Positions 9,612-20,399 of a stretch of 44,203 nucleotides of DNA are shown here, piece by piece. The notes under the pieces are model-generated. The model had not been told where the DNA came from, made no database searches, and saw only the letters and a program-made list of their open reading frames with translations. Source of the stretch: an uncultured Cellvibrionaceae bacterium (GTDB taxonomy: Bacteria; Pseudomonadota; Gammaproteobacteria; Pseudomonadales; Cellvibrionaceae). The stretch is from assembly GCA_964515805.1 (NCBI GenBank), contig CAZEUZ010000053.1, positions 1 to 44,203 on the forward strand. Direction: 5' to 3'. Numbering within the stretch: position 1 is the first letter of the stretch; each line of letters begins with the position of its first letter. Made by a program: the position numbers and the translations under genes.

Positions 9612-11546
9612 TTAAATGTTTAGACGGTGTGCGATCAATTCGTCAACCACCGCTGGATCCGCCAGCGTAGATGTGTCGCCCAGATCGCCGATTTCGTTAG
9701 CCGCAATCTTGCGCAAAATTCGCCGCATAATTTTACCCGAGCGGGTTTTTGGCAGAGCTGGTGCCCACTGAATAAGGTCGGGTTTAGCAATGGGTCCAAT
9801 CTCTTTGACGCACAGTGCAACCAATTGCGCTTTCAGCCCATCAGCGGCTTGTTGGCCGCTCATTAACGTCACGTAAGCATAGATTCCCTGACCTTTAATA
9901 TCGTGGTTATAGCCTACGACCGCAGCTTCGGCAACCTGCTCGTGTAGCACTAATGCGCTCTCAATTTCAGCGGTGCCGAGACGATGGCCACTGACGTTGA
10001 GCACATCGTCCATGCGTCCAGTAATCCAGTAATAACTGTCTTTATCGCGACGGGCGCCGTCACCAGTAAAATAGTAACCGGGGAAAGTGGTGAAATACGT
10101 CTCGATTAAGCGTTGATGATTGCCGTAGACGGTGCGAATTTGACTGGGCCAGGATGATTTAATGACTAAACTGCCAGCCCCTTCACCTTCAATTTCATTG
10201 CCATCGGCATCTAAAAGTGCCGGTTGCACACCAAAAAAAGGTAATGTAGCGGAGCCGGGCTTTAAATCAGTTGCACCGGGCAGTGGCGTTAACATATGCG
10301 CCCCTGTTTCCGTTTGCCACCAGGTGTCGACGATCGGGCAGCGACCTTCACCCACCACCTTGTAATACCACTCCCATGCCTCGGGATTGATCGGTTCACC
10401 CACAGTTCCAAGGATGCGTAAAAAACTGCGCGATGTTTTTTTAACCCACTCGTCTCCTTGTCCCATTAAGGCGCGAATAGCTGTCGGCGCCGTATAAAAT
10501 ATAGCCACATTGTGCTTATCCACCACTTCCCAACAACGGGCTGGTGTCGGGTAGTTAGGCACTCCCTCAAACATCAATGTGATAGCGCCATTGGCCAATG
10601 GACCGTAGACAATATAGCTATGGCCTGTTATCCATCCCACATCCGCTGTGCACCAATACACCTCTCCTTCTTTGTAGTCAAAGGTATATTTGTGCGTCAT
10701 TGCGGTCATCAGCAGATAACCTGCCGTGGTGTGCAAAACACCCTTTGGCTTGCCAGTAGATCCCGACGTATACAAAATAAATAATGGGTCCTCCGCCGCC
10801 ATCGGCGTTGGTTCACACTCTGCGCTTTGTTGTTCAATCGCCTGGTGATACCAGATATCGCGGCGATCTTCCCAGTTGATTTCGCCACCCGTACGTTTAA
10901 CCACAATACATGTGTGAACATTAGGGCATTGATCGATTGCCTTATCCGCATTGGTTTTTAGCGGTACAGTTTTGCCGCCACGAACACCTTCGTCAGCGGT
11001 GATTACCAGCCGACAATCACAATCTAGAATTCGGTCTTTCAGAGCGTCTGGTGAAAATCCGCCAAAGACCACGGAATGCACTGCGCCAATGCGGGCGCAG
11101 GCTAACATGGCATAGGCGGCTTCGGGGATCATTGGCATGTAAATGCACACGCGATCACCTTTGTTAACGCCGTGCGCTTTTAGCACATTGGCCATTTTAC
11201 CGACGGCAGCATGCAACTCGGCATAGGTGATATGTTTGTCTTCTGTCGGGTCGTCACCTTCCCAAATAATCGCTGTCTGTGCGGCGCGATCACGGAGGTG
11301 CCGATCAATACAGTTGACGGTGATGTTTAGCTCACCTCCAGCAAACCACTGTGTTTCACCTTTTTCGAGATCAGAACTGCATACGGTGTCCCAAGGTTTT
11401 TCCCAAGTCAGAAACGCTTTCGCTTGTTCAGCCCAAAAACTTTCCGGTTCATCAATTGAGCGCTGGTACATGGCTTTATAAGCTTCGCGATCGATATGGG
11501 CATTTTTTTTAATATCAGTAGGTACGGGATAAATGGACTCAGACAT
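9612..11546 (-). CDS. acs: acetyl-CoA synthetase
   Basis: 644 aa with the AMP-binding motif [18 protein letters not shown] and the C-terminal [14 protein letters not shown] ggagg SD lies upstream. Confidence 0.95.
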   Translation of the reverse strand: MSESIYPVPTDIKKNAHIDREAYKAMYQRSIDEPESFWAEQAKAFLTWEKPWDTVCSSDLEKGETQWFAGGELNITVNCIDRHLRDRAAQTAIIWEGDDPTEDKHITYAELHAAVGKMANVLKAHGVNKGDRVCIYMPMIPEAAYAMLACARIGAVHSVVFGGFSPDALKDRILDCDCRLVITADEGVRGGKTVPLKTNADKAIDQCPNVHTCIVVKRTGGEINWEDRRDIWYHQAIEQQSAECEPTPMAAEDPLFILYTSGSTGKPKGVLHTTAGYLLMTAMTHKYTFDYKEGEVYWCTADVGWITGHSYIVYGPLANGAITLMFEGVPNYPTPARCWEVVDKHNVAIFYTAPTAIRALMGQGDEWVKKTSRSFLRILGTVGEPINPEAWEWYYKVVGEGRCPIVDTWWQTETGAHMLTPLPGATDLKPGSATLPFFGVQPALLDADGNEIEGEGAGSLVIKSSWPSQIRTVYGNHQRLIETYFTTFPGYYFTGDGARRDKDSYYWITGRMDDVLNVSGHRLGTAEIESALVLHEQVAEAAVVGYNHDIKGQGIYAYVTLMSGQQAADGLKAQLVALCVKEIGPIAKPDLIQWAPALPKTRSGKIMRRILRKIAANEIGDLGDTSTLADPAVVDELIAHRLNI

Positions 11547-11663
11547 GAGAAACCTCCGAATGAAAATGACTATCTGACAGTGAGACTTAGCGTTTTTGTA
11601 TGAAAATTATGTGCCTCAGTTTATATGGTTACGTGGAAATTCTCGACTCTAATAATTTCTATG

Positions 11664-12044
11664 CTAAGCAATTTGAACAGGAATAGTGTTTGATGTGCGC
11701 TCGACGACGTTATCTTTATTCAGATATACCAATTTAGGTTGGTAACTAATCACTTCTTTTTCGTTAAATTGGCCGTAAGCAGCGATAATAACACGATCAC
11801 CTATTTGCACTTTGCGGGCGGCGGCGCCATTCATCGAAATAATACCGGATCCCGATTTGGCAAGGATTACGTAAGTAGTAAAACGCTCGCCATTGTCCAC
11901 ATTATAAATATCAACCTGCTCATACTCACGCATGCCGGCCATAGTGACCAAGTCTGCATCAATGGCACAGGAACCGTCGTACCATAATTCTGCCTGAGTA
12001 ACGCAAGCCATATGTAGCTTACCTTTGAGCATCGTTGTCAACAT
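11664..12044 (-). CDS. panD: aspartate 1-decarboxylase
   Basis: 126 aa starting [11 protein letters not shown], with the self-processing site YDGSCAID. Confidence 0.95.
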   Translation of the reverse strand: MLTTMLKGKLHMACVTQAELWYDGSCAIDADLVTMAGMREYEQVDIYNVDNGERFTTYVILAKSGSGIISMNGAAARKVQIGDRVIIAAYGQFNEKEVISYQPKLVYLNKDNVVERTSNTIPVQIA

Positions 12045-12077
12045 AAGATTTATTTGTCGTTCCTATTTTTTAGGTTT

Positions 12078-12956
12078 TTAACTACTGTGCTCGCCGTTCT
12101 TCTTTGCTATTGAAACATTATCAATTAGGCGGGCGCTTTCGGTATACATTGCACCTAGAACAGCTAATTCTATGTTATCACCAGCAGCTGGTTGCAGGGT
12201 AGTACTGTTACACACTTGAATGTAATCGGGCCTGAATCCGGCATCAATGATTTGCTCTCTGGCTTTAGACTCCAAGGTTAAATAATCCTTGTGACCTTCT
12301 TCTATTTGCGCTTTTATCCAACATAACGTCTGGTAGAGCTGCTTAGCAGCAGGCCGCTCGGTGTCGGTAATAAACCGATTGCGTGAGCTCATTGCCAACC
12401 CGTCTGCTTCGCGCACGATATCACCCGCTACTATTCGGACGGGAAAACATAGATCTTCTACCATTCGGCGGATTATTGCCAGCTGCTGGAAGTCCTTCAA
12501 ACCAAATATGGCTTTATCGGGTTGGACGATGTGAAAAAGTTTGGCAACGATAGTTGTCACCCCGTCAAAGTGACCGGGACGGCTCTTACCACAGAGTATG
12601 TCAGACATCACGGGCACGGTGACTTTGGTCTGCTCACTCATACCATTGGGATATATGTCATTTTCGTTAGGGCAAAACAGGCAGTCGCACCCCACGCTGC
12701 GTAATTTTATTAAATCGGCTTCATAAGTGCGTGGGTACTTATCCCAATCTTCGTTGAGACCAAATTGTAACGGATTAACAAAAATGCTCACGACGACCTG
12801 ATCACAGTGGGTCTGTGCTATTTTTATCAGTGCCATATGGCCGTCATGCAGGTTGCCCATTGTTGGCACCAAACCGATACGTTGGTACTGTCGACGCATT
12901 TCGGCTAGCCATTCTTGCAATCCTTGAATGTGTTTGAACACTTGCATAGCCATCAT
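12078..12956 (-). CDS. panC: pantoate--beta-alanine ligase
   Basis: Contains the [10 protein letters not shown] motif. The ORF track begins at a TTG (12983). An ATG at 12956 or 12947 (MQVFKH...) fits the usual PanC N-terminus better, so the start is uncertain. Confidence 0.9.
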   Translation of the reverse strand: MMAMQVFKHIQGLQEWLAEMRRQYQRIGLVPTMGNLHDGHMALIKIAQTHCDQVVVSIFVNPLQFGLNEDWDKYPRTYEADLIKLRSVGCDCLFCPNENDIYPNGMSEQTKVTVPVMSDILCGKSRPGHFDGVTTIVAKLFHIVQPDKAIFGLKDFQQLAIIRRMVEDLCFPVRIVAGDIVREADGLAMSSRNRFITDTERPAAKQLYQTLCWIKAQIEEGHKDYLTLESKAREQIIDAGFRPDYIQVCNSTTLQPAAGDNIELAVLGAMYTESARLIDNVSIAKKNGEHSS

Positions 12957-13033
12957 CTGTTTTTCAATAAATTGGCAAAGCAATCCAGGCTAAGTAAGGA
13001 GGCATAGTAAGGAGACATAGTGACGATTTGGCA

Positions 13034-14437
13034 TTAGTGGTCAGGTCGCATATAGTCGGGTGCCAAATTGTCGAAACGGGTGTATTGGCCCATAAATGCC
13101 GTCCGGCAAGTGCCGGTTTCTCCGTTGCGTTGCTTGCCTAATATCAGTTCTGCAACACCCTTGTCGGGGCTGTCTTCGTTATAATACTCATCCCGATAAA
13201 TAAATAGTACGATATCGGCATCTTGTTCAATGGCGCCGGATTCACGCAAGTCGGCATTCCTAGGGCGTTTGTCTGGCCGCTGCTCTACACCGCGATTTAA
13301 CTGTGACAGAGCAATTAAAGGACAACCAAATTCCTTGGCTATGGCTTTTAGCGAACGGGAGATTTCTGAAATTTCCTGTGTACGCCCTTCTTTAGTATCC
13401 ACTGTTTGCATCAGTTGTAAGTAATCGACGACGATCAAGCCGGGGGCATTCTGCTCGCGCACAATACGTCGCAGACGAGCGCGAATATCCTGAGGAGTCA
13501 GTGCCGGCGTATCATCAATATATAGTGATGCTCCTTTAAGTTTTTGTACGGCAGTGGTCAGCTTGGGCCAATCTTCTTCCGTTAAGTTACCATTGCGAAT
13601 TTTATTTTGGTTTATACGGCCAATGGAGGAAAGCATCCGCATAATGATGGATTCCGATGACATTTCCATACTAAACATCAATACTGGGTTTGACTGTGAG
13701 AATAATGCCGCCTCAACAAAATTCAGTGCCAGTGCTGTTTTGCCCATGGATGGTCGCGCCGCCAGTACGATCAACTCACCTGATTGCCAACCGGAAGTGT
13801 ATTTGTCTAAGTCAGTAATACCGGTGGTGATACCCGTAATATCACTGTCGGTATGAAAGAGTTTATCGATACGTTCGAGAGTGAGCTTTAGTAATCCATC
13901 GACAATTTCCAGTCCACCTTCCTTGGGACGACCATCGATAATGGATGTCAATCGCTTTTCGGCTAATTGGAGCAAGTCGTTGGCGTCCAAACCGGCAGGG
14001 TTATAACCGGTGCGGGAGATTTCGTAGGCTGCAGCGATTAACTGACGAACAGTTGAATGTTCGCGAACTACTCGTGCGTAGGCAGTAATATTAGCGGCGC
14101 TAGGCGTATTTTTGGTGATTTCAGAAAGATAACTGAGACCCCCTACTCGATCTAATTGCCCTTGTTGGGAAAGCTTTTCCGAGAGGGTGATGATGTCGAA
14201 CGGATCATCTCCGGCAACGAGATCTCCTATGGTGGAGAAAATGTGGCGGTGGCCATCGCTGTAAAAATCCTCGGTTTTTAACAGCTCGGCGATGCTGTCA
14301 TAGCGTTCGTTGGCTATGATTAAACCGCCTAGTATTGCCTGTTCAGCCTCCAGAGAATGAGGTAATGGATCCTTGGGCTGGGCACTTTCGTCGACGTCGT
14401 TAAAAGACGAAGCGCTTTGTGAGTCAATAGGGCTCAA
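13034..14437 (-). CDS. dnaB: replicative DNA helicase
   Basis: 467 aa with PHSLEAEQAILGG and Walker A ARPSMGKTA. It lies downstream of rplI. Confidence 0.95.
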   Translation of the reverse strand: MSPIDSQSASSFNDVDESAQPKDPLPHSLEAEQAILGGLIIANERYDSIAELLKTEDFYSDGHRHIFSTIGDLVAGDDPFDIITLSEKLSQQGQLDRVGGLSYLSEITKNTPSAANITAYARVVREHSTVRQLIAAAYEISRTGYNPAGLDANDLLQLAEKRLTSIIDGRPKEGGLEIVDGLLKLTLERIDKLFHTDSDITGITTGITDLDKYTSGWQSGELIVLAARPSMGKTALALNFVEAALFSQSNPVLMFSMEMSSESIIMRMLSSIGRINQNKIRNGNLTEEDWPKLTTAVQKLKGASLYIDDTPALTPQDIRARLRRIVREQNAPGLIVVDYLQLMQTVDTKEGRTQEISEISRSLKAIAKEFGCPLIALSQLNRGVEQRPDKRPRNADLRESGAIEQDADIVLFIYRDEYYNEDSPDKGVAELILGKQRNGETGTCRTAFMGQYTRFDNLAPDYMRPDH

Positions 14438-14488
14438 GTGGGTAAAATGGTAGAACTATAAACGGCATTGACAAACAGCCAACAAATC

Positions 14489-14944
14489 TTAACTATCTTC
14501 TGCTGCCACGATAGCCAGTGTCACGGTTTGTGTTATTTCCGTATGTAAATGGATATCGATATTGTAATCGCCCAATTCGCGTAATGCACCCAGAGGTAAT
14601 CGCACTTCGGATTTTGCAACCTCTTCCCCCGCAGAGGTGATTGCGTCTGCGATATCGCGGGCGCCGACTGAACCGAATAATTTTCCTTCGTCGCCAGCGT
14701 TAGCTGAAATAGTAACAGAAAGTTCCGACAATCTCTCCGCACGGGCCAATGCTCTACTTTTTTGTTCTTTAGCAGTGGCTTCAAGTTCAGCACGTCGCTT
14801 TTCAAACTCTGCGAGATTGTCTGCAGTAGCCAGCAAGGCCTTGCCTTGAGGAAGTAAAAAATTACGACAAAAACCCGCTTTAACGGCAACCTTGTCGCCA
14901 ATATCCCCAAGTTTGCCAATTTTTTCAAGTAAAATAACGTCCAT
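14489..14944 (-). CDS. rplI: 50S ribosomal protein L9
   Basis: 151 aa starting [35 protein letters not shown]. Confidence 0.95.
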   Translation of the reverse strand: MDVILLEKIGKLGDIGDKVAVKAGFCRNFLLPQGKALLATADNLAEFEKRRAELEATAKEQKSRALARAERLSELSVTISANAGDEGKLFGSVGARDIADAITSAGEEVAKSEVRLPLGALRELGDYNIDIHLHTEITQTVTLAIVAAEDS

Positions 14945-14985
14945 TAACTAACCCTCTTCAATCGAATACTAACCCACACTTTCTG

Positions 14986-15861
14986 CTAACTAATTTGTGC
15001 CTTGCGGCTGCGAAAATTTAGCCAATGGTCTAAAAATCCAACGCCCATTAATACAATTTGCACATAGTTTGCTAGCTGTAAGATAACCAAAACTATTAAT
15101 GTCACATAAAAAATAATCAAGCACTGTCTGGCATTTTTCAGCGAACTTACCATCGTATGAACAATTGCGACAGATACCAGCATTAAAGGTAGCGCAAAGA
15201 CAAATGACCAAGTGAGGTAAGTATCGTCCTGGACTAAGAAGTACAAACTTAAAGCCAAGCAAACAGCTGCTGTAATAGATCCCAGCCTGAATTGACGAAA
15301 TTCATTCCTGAACCCCCCGGGATTATATAACAGAGATTGCCACCATCTGCCTAAAAACAAGCTACAAATACCATTTATAATAATTACAACTGCAAGTATG
15401 CCTGCTAAGGCGATCCCGTTGATTGCAGGCACAGGGTTTTCGACGTCTGCCGCTGTCGCTTGTGTTTGTAGCGCTACATTCAAGGAGTCTACCAAGTGGC
15501 CTAAAGCATGTGGAGCCAACTGTGTCACTAGTAATAACGGTAATATGCTTACTAGCAACAATGTTATCAATGTTGAAGACCAAAACACGGTTTGTCTCAA
15601 TACCAAAGCACTGATGTAAACGGCAATTAAACTGATTACCGTGGACAAAAAAACCAATGCCTGATGATCTGTATTGGCGCCGAAGGTGAGAATAGTAGGC
15701 AGCAGCCCGATAAGCAGTACCAGTGTGCCTTCAAAAGCACCTTTGCGTAGTGTTACTAATGCGATTGCAGCAGGCGTAATAAATGGTAAAAGTGTACCTA
15801 GCAGTGCAACTGCACCAGCTTGTACTCGCCCACGCATGATTAATTCAGCTATAGTCCGCAC
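14986..15861 (-). CDS. polytopic inner-membrane protein (the DUF2232-like type seen between rpsR and rplI)
   Basis: 291 aa with multiple hydrophobic helices. Its position is the same as the membrane-protein gene in the Pseudomonas rpsF-rpsR-x-rplI cluster. Confidence 0.65.
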   Translation of the reverse strand: MRTIAELIMRGRVQAGAVALLGTLLPFITPAAIALVTLRKGAFEGTLVLLIGLLPTILTFGANTDHQALVFLSTVISLIAVYISALVLRQTVFWSSTLITLLLVSILPLLLVTQLAPHALGHLVDSLNVALQTQATAADVENPVPAINGIALAGILAVVIIINGICSLFLGRWWQSLLYNPGGFRNEFRQFRLGSITAAVCLALSLYFLVQDDTYLTWSFVFALPLMLVSVAIVHTMVSSLKNARQCLIIFYVTLIVLVILQLANYVQIVLMGVGFLDHWLNFRSRKAQIS

Positions 15862-15903
15862 GATTTATCAATGCACTTTATTTTGTGGGCGTTAAGTACT
15901 AAG

Positions 15904-16134
15904 TTACCATTCGTGACTGTCACTGTAGGGTAGAAGAGCAAGGAAGCGCGCGCGTTTTATAGCGGTAGCCAACTGACGCTGATATTTAGCCTTGGTTCCT
16001 GTTACTCGACTAGGCACAATTTTTCCAGTTTCAGTGATGTAGTCTTTGAGCGTTTCCAAATCTTTATAGTCAATTTTTTTACTGTTCTCTGCAGTAAACC
16101 GACAGAATTTACGACGTCTGAAGAAATTGGACAT
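15904..16134 (-). CDS. rpsR: 30S ribosomal protein S18
   Basis: 76 aa with RRRKFCRF and IDYKD...LKDYITE.GKI.P.R.TG. Confidence 0.95.
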   Translation of the reverse strand: MSNFFRRRKFCRFTAENSKKIDYKDLETLKDYITETGKIVPSRVTGTKAKYQRQLATAIKRARFLALLPYSDSHEW

Positions 16135-16136
16135 AA

Positions 16137-16682
16137 CTATGTGTTCTCCTGCTGATTAGTTTCGCTAGCTATTTTTTGTTCTTCTATCTCCTGTTCTTTT
16201 ACAGTTTCTTCTGCACTAGCGGCTTCTAGTTCGCTTTCATTTGATCGTTCAGTTGCTTCTACAGAACTTCCTTCTGTTGTACCTGCTTCTGTACCTACTT
16301 CGGATTTGTCATGATCGGTTGTTCTTGGTCGATGTGTGCGGTCCCGAGTTTCCCTGTTATCTCTTTCCGCTTTAGCAATAGGTGATTCTTCGGTAATTGG
16401 CTCATCTGTACGTATGATCAAATGCCGTAGTACGGCATCATTGTAACGAAAATTCGTCGTCAATTCGTCGACTACATCTTGACTACACTCGACGTTCATA
16501 AGAACGTAATGTGCCTTATAAATTTTGTTGATAGGATAAGCGAGTTGACGTCGTCCCCAGTTTTCCAGCCGGTGTATTTCTCCGCTATCGTTCTTAATTG
16601 AGGCGGTGTAGCGTTCAATCATCCCAGGAACCTGTTCGCTCTGACTGGGGTTGACGAGAAATACAATTTCGTAGTGTCGCAT
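16137..16682 (-). CDS. rpsF: 30S ribosomal protein S6 with a long acidic C-terminal tail
   Basis: The N-terminus [18 protein letters not shown]...[10 protein letters not shown] is classic S6. Roughly the last 75 aa are E/T/S-rich low complexity. Confidence 0.9.
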   Translation of the reverse strand: MRHYEIVFLVNPSQSEQVPGMIERYTASIKNDSGEIHRLENWGRRQLAYPINKIYKAHYVLMNVECSQDVVDELTTNFRYNDAVLRHLIIRTDEPITEESPIAKAERDNRETRDRTHRPRTTDHDKSEVGTEAGTTEGSSVEATERSNESELEAASAEETVKEQEIEEQKIASETNQQENT

Positions 16683-16925
16683 AGTGATTTCCTTATGGGT
16701 TTAGACCTGCCACTAAATGACAGGACAAGGAACAAAAAGATAGTTATCGATTGCTGACTATCAGTAGAGAACCAATAGAACCCGGCATTGTAAAGAGTTG
16801 ATCTGAGGAATTCAAGCGCAAAGGTCAGATCATTGCTAAATTCAGTTGTGCAGTTACAAACACTGAGATACGATATCTTTTCTATTCTATGAATGTTATA
16901 GCGCTATAAGAGAAATTCCACGGTA

Positions 16926-18347
16926 ATGGCCTCTGAAAAAAAGCTACCTAAAATTGAATTTCCCTGTGAAAATTATCCAATGAAAATCATTGGCGGTGCC
17001 AACGACAAAATGCTTAAAATTCTACAATTTAGTCAAAAAAAGCGAAATTTAGCTTTCTTTGTTGCAATCTTAATCGTTTCAATGATAACCGGTGGTAGTT
17101 TATATTACGATATCTCGCCAAAATTATTTGTCAACCAGTCATTGAGAATGTTAGCCACTAGTATAACTGCTCAAATATACCATCAAGAGCTGGAAGAGGC
17201 TCGCAACATAGCAAAAAGTTATCAACTAGGTGGCACTTTTAATGCAAATGAACAACCGGAGGATAGCTGGAACAATACCAGTCGTGACCAAAATAATTTA
17301 GTCTTTGGCCACTATATTGGCGCTACTCATAGTGATTTAGCTTTTCCATTCGTTTTTGAGGATCAGAACACCGAGCATTTAAAACTACTGAGAAGACGAT
17401 TTGATATAGTCTCACTCGCCAAATCAGGAGATTCCGAATACGAATCTATGCTAAATGTTGCTGCCTGGATTGGTCAGCTGTGGGATCATGGAATAGACCC
17501 ACCACCACCTCATGGAAAACAAAACTTTAAGGTAATTGATCTAATAGACGCTGGTAGCAAAGGGGCAAGTTTCTGGTGCGAAGCGTCTGCACGCGCTACT
17601 ACACAAATAGCGTCCGCTCTAGGATGGCCCTCAAGACTGATAACTCTTTCAAACAGAGGTTACAGGTGGGAGCATGCTGTAGCTGAATTTTGGTCAAATC
17701 AGTTTTCAAAATGGTTCATCGTAGATACAGATTTCAATGTTGTTTATGAATCAGATGGAGTTCCTCTCTCAGCATATGAACTTGTACATAATGGACAGAG
17801 TTTAAAAAAGATGGGAAAGTTAAAACTTAGACAGTTTGCACCAATGAAACCATTTTTCAAGGAAAGACATGGCAGCCTTCGCGAAGTTGGCAAGCTTTAT
17901 CAATTAAGGTTAGCTAATTACGCTCATTACGATATGCGCAATGACTGGGCATCAAGGCAACTGAGTAAAGGCAGTCCAGCAGGTGGCGCCATAGCGACTT
18001 ACAGCACTTCCAACGATTTCCTTCCTTCCCTTTATAATGGATACAAAAAAACAACAGATCAAAACGTTTTCGACTGGCCGGTAAATATAGTTGAAATACA
18101 TTTAAAGAATTGGGAAGCGCTAGAAAAGAAGGTTGAGATTACCTTGGAATACAAGGTGTTCGGACCATATGTTCTGTATTTAGAGACCAAATTGAATAAT
18201 GGTGAATGGAAGAAGACTGAGCCTGGAATTAATACACTGAAATTTGATGATGGATATCAAAAGCTACAAGCTCGTCTGGTTTTAGAAAATGATGCTAGAG
18301 GACCAATGTCAACTGTAACGTTTAGTACTTTGTCAGAGCAACATTAA
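16926..18347 (+). CDS. membrane-anchored transglutaminase-like (Cys-His-Asp) domain protein; the first ~33 codons derive from a ybeD 5' duplication
   Basis: 473 aa. Residues 9-33 copy YbeD ([10 protein letters not shown]...). A TM helix follows (LAFFVAILIVSMITGGSLYY). The transglutaminase-core-like spacing is FWCEASARATT...GWPSRLI...WEHAVAEFW...WFIVDTD. Alternative starts are at 16980 (M19) and 17010 (M29). Confidence 0.7.
   Translation: MASEKKLPKIEFPCENYPMKIIGGANDKMLKILQFSQKKRNLAFFVAILIVSMITGGSLYYDISPKLFVNQSLRMLATSITAQIYHQELEEARNIAKSYQLGGTFNANEQPEDSWNNTSRDQNNLVFGHYIGATHSDLAFPFVFEDQNTEHLKLLRRRFDIVSLAKSGDSEYESMLNVAAWIGQLWDHGIDPPPPHGKQNFKVIDLIDAGSKGASFWCEASARATTQIASALGWPSRLITLSNRGYRWEHAVAEFWSNQFSKWFIVDTDFNVVYESDGVPLSAYELVHNGQSLKKMGKLKLRQFAPMKPFFKERHGSLREVGKLYQLRLANYAHYDMRNDWASRQLSKGSPAGGAIATYSTSNDFLPSLYNGYKKTTDQNVFDWPVNIVEIHLKNWEALEKKVEITLEYKVFGPYVLYLETKLNNGEWKKTEPGINTLKFDDGYQKLQARLVLENDARGPMSTVTFSTLSEQH
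16948..17021. repeat. direct repeat copy 1 (ybeD 5' coding segment)
   Basis: A 34-nt perfect run, ctaaaattgaatttccctgtgaaaattatccaat (16948-16981), matches 18426-18459. Similarity continues to about 17021, with roughly nine mismatches by hand alignment. Confidence 0.85.
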
Positions 18348-18406
18348 ACAGTAAAACTTTCATAGTTGAAGGGACGTTAAATACAGAATCTTAACTGCAA
18401 TTTCTC

Positions 18407-18679
18407 ATGAAAAAACAGTCCGCCTCTAAAATTGAATTTCCCTGTGAAAATTATCCAATCAGAATCATTGGTGATGCTACCGACACAATGCTTGAATTTG
18501 TATTGGAGACAACGGCAACACATGCTCCTGATTTTGATAGCCAAAAGGTATTAGTCAAAACCAGTAGTCAAGGGCGTTTTCAATCCGTGACGGTATATAT
18601 TACTGTAACGGGCGAACAGCAATTGGTGGAATATCATCGAGCTCTAACGGCGCATCGATTGATCAAAATGGTAATTTAG
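18407..18679 (+). CDS. ybeD: YbeD/DUF493-family protein
   Basis: 90 aa containing [15 protein letters not shown]. It lies immediately upstream of lipB, as in E. coli and Pseudomonas. Confidence 0.85.
   Translation: MKKQSASKIEFPCENYPIRIIGDATDTMLEFVLETTATHAPDFDSQKVLVKTSSQGRFQSVTVYITVTGEQQLVEYHRALTAHRLIKMVI
18426..18499. repeat. direct repeat copy 2 (native ybeD 5' end)
   Basis: See copy 1. The offset between the copies is 1478 bp. Confidence 0.85.
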
Positions 18680-19347
18680 TGAATTCTAACGAATCACTTA
18701 AGGTTCGGCAGTTAGGTTTGCGATACTACCGGACAGTATGGCAAGCCATGTCAGATTTTACTAATAACCGTAACGGTTCCACGGTAGATGAATTATGGCT
18801 TGTACAGCATCCTCCAGTATTCACCCAGGGAAGAGCAGGCAAACCGGAACATATATTGGCGCAATCAAGCATTGATATTGTGCATTCTGATCGAGGTGGT
18901 CAAGTCACTTATCACGGGCCCGGGCAATTAGTCGTTTATACCCTGATTGATTTGCGTCGTCGCGACCTGAGTGTGCGCGGTATAGTCGATCTGCTGGAAA
19001 CGAGCGTAATAGAGCTGTTGTCGCACTACGATCTAAAAGCAAATACAATAACCGGCGCACCCGGCATTTATATCGATGGGGGTAAAATCGCGTCTCTTGG
19101 TTTACGCATCCGCAAAGGCTATAGTTTTCACGGTCTCAGTTTAAATATCGATATGGATTTGACGCCGTTTAAACTCATCAACCCTTGCGGTTATCCGGGG
19201 TTAGAAATGGTTCAATTAATTGATAAAGTAGCTGATCCCGGCAGCCTTGTTCTGAATCAAGTTGAACAAAACCTGGTGACAATCCTAAGCCGGAAGTTAG
19301 CTGCTACGGAAACAGTTATCATAGACAATACATTAACTACCCTTTAG
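18679..19347 (+). CDS. lipB: octanoyltransferase
   Basis: 222 aa with [14 protein letters not shown] and NPCGY (catalytic Cys). Its start overlaps the ybeD stop. Confidence 0.95.
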   Translation: MNSNESLKVRQLGLRYYRTVWQAMSDFTNNRNGSTVDELWLVQHPPVFTQGRAGKPEHILAQSSIDIVHSDRGGQVTYHGPGQLVVYTLIDLRRRDLSVRGIVDLLETSVIELLSHYDLKANTITGAPGIYIDGGKIASLGLRIRKGYSFHGLSLNIDMDLTPFKLINPCGYPGLEMVQLIDKVADPGSLVLNQVEQNLVTILSRKLAATETVIIDNTLTTL

Positions 19348-19395
19348 TCAGTTTATTGCTGATTCACCCTGCCAACACAATGGTTTATCTTATAT

Positions 19396-20376
19396 ATGAA
19401 CGACAGATTGACAGCACCCGTTAGGCGCACTGTTCGTCACGAGCGAGGTAAAAAGCTTCGCGATGCCGATAAAGTGGAACGTATACCCGTTAAAGTGATC
19501 GACAATGAGCAGCTACTGCGCAAACCCGATTGGATCAGGGTGCGTTTGCCCTTATCTCCGGAAGTTGACCGTATCAAACAAGTGCTTCGAAAAAATAATT
19601 TGTACAGTGTGTGTGAAGAAGCGTCTTGCCCCAATCTAGGCGAGTGTTTTTCGGGAGGGACGGCAACGTTTATGATTATGGGAGATATCTGCACACGTCG
19701 TTGCCCTTTCTGCGATGTGGGACATGGTAAGCCTAATCCACTCGACGATAACGAACCTGTGCACTTGGCAAAAGCCATTGCCGAAATGCGCTTAAAATAT
19801 GTTGTTATCACTTCTGTCGATCGCGACGATCTACGCGATGGTGGCGCTCAACACTTTGCCGAATGCATTCGCGAAGCACGTTTACGCTGTCCCAACTTGG
19901 AAATTGAAATACTCACGCCCGATTTCCGTGGGCGCAGGCAAGTGGCCCTGGATATTCTCGAACAAGAGCCGCCCGATGTCTTTAATCACAACCTGGAAAC
20001 CGTGCCACGCTTATATCGCGAGGCCCGGCCTGGTGCCAATTACCAATGGTCGCTGCAACTCTTGCAAGAATATAAAAAGCGACGCCCTGACATCCTAACT
20101 AAATCCGGTTTGATGGTGGGCTTAGGTGAGACCAAGGAAGAAATTTTTGAAGTGATGCGCACCATGCGCGAGCACGATATCGAGATGCTAACGATTGGCC
20201 AATACCTACAGCCATCAAAACACCACTTGCCTGTTAAACGCTATGTTACCCCTGAAGAATTTGAAGAATATAGCGATTTAGCAGATAAAATAGGATTCAA
20301 ACAAGCAGCCTGCGGTCCGTTAGTGCGTTCGTCTTATCATGCTGATCAGCAAGCGCATGGAAAAAATGTAAGCTAG
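19396..20376 (+). CDS. lipA: lipoyl synthase
   Basis: 326 aa with [12 protein letters not shown] and the radical-SAM motif CTRRCPFC. Confidence 0.95.
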   Translation: MNDRLTAPVRRTVRHERGKKLRDADKVERIPVKVIDNEQLLRKPDWIRVRLPLSPEVDRIKQVLRKNNLYSVCEEASCPNLGECFSGGTATFMIMGDICTRRCPFCDVGHGKPNPLDDNEPVHLAKAIAEMRLKYVVITSVDRDDLRDGGAQHFAECIREARLRCPNLEIEILTPDFRGRRQVALDILEQEPPDVFNHNLETVPRLYREARPGANYQWSLQLLQEYKKRRPDILTKSGLMVGLGETKEEIFEVMRTMREHDIEMLTIGQYLQPSKHHLPVKRYVTPEEFEEYSDLADKIGFKQAACGPLVRSSYHADQQAHGKNVS

Positions 20377-20399
20377 TCCTTGGTATCTAATTCGAATTC

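Noticed and set aside
12993-13018. A tandem 13-mer agtaaggag[g/a]cat x2 between dnaB and panC, containing SD-like AAGGAG on the plus strand.
   Set aside because: No plausible plus-strand ORF follows; a GTG start gives only 5 codons. It is most simply a small slippage duplication in the panC upstream region.
16137-16370. A long acidic Glu/Thr/Ser-rich C-terminal tail on ribosomal protein S6, with short internal near-repeats.
   Set aside because: Acidic S6 tails of variable length are common, and in E. coli RimK adds Glu residues post-translationally. It is low-complexity sequence rather than a discrete feature.
15904-16682. Absence of priB between rpsF and rpsR (E. coli has rpsF-priB-rpsR-rplI).
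   Set aside because: The arrangement rpsF-rpsR-membrane protein-rplI-dnaB is the normal one in Pseudomonas-type gammaproteobacteria, so this is lineage-typical rather than a deletion.
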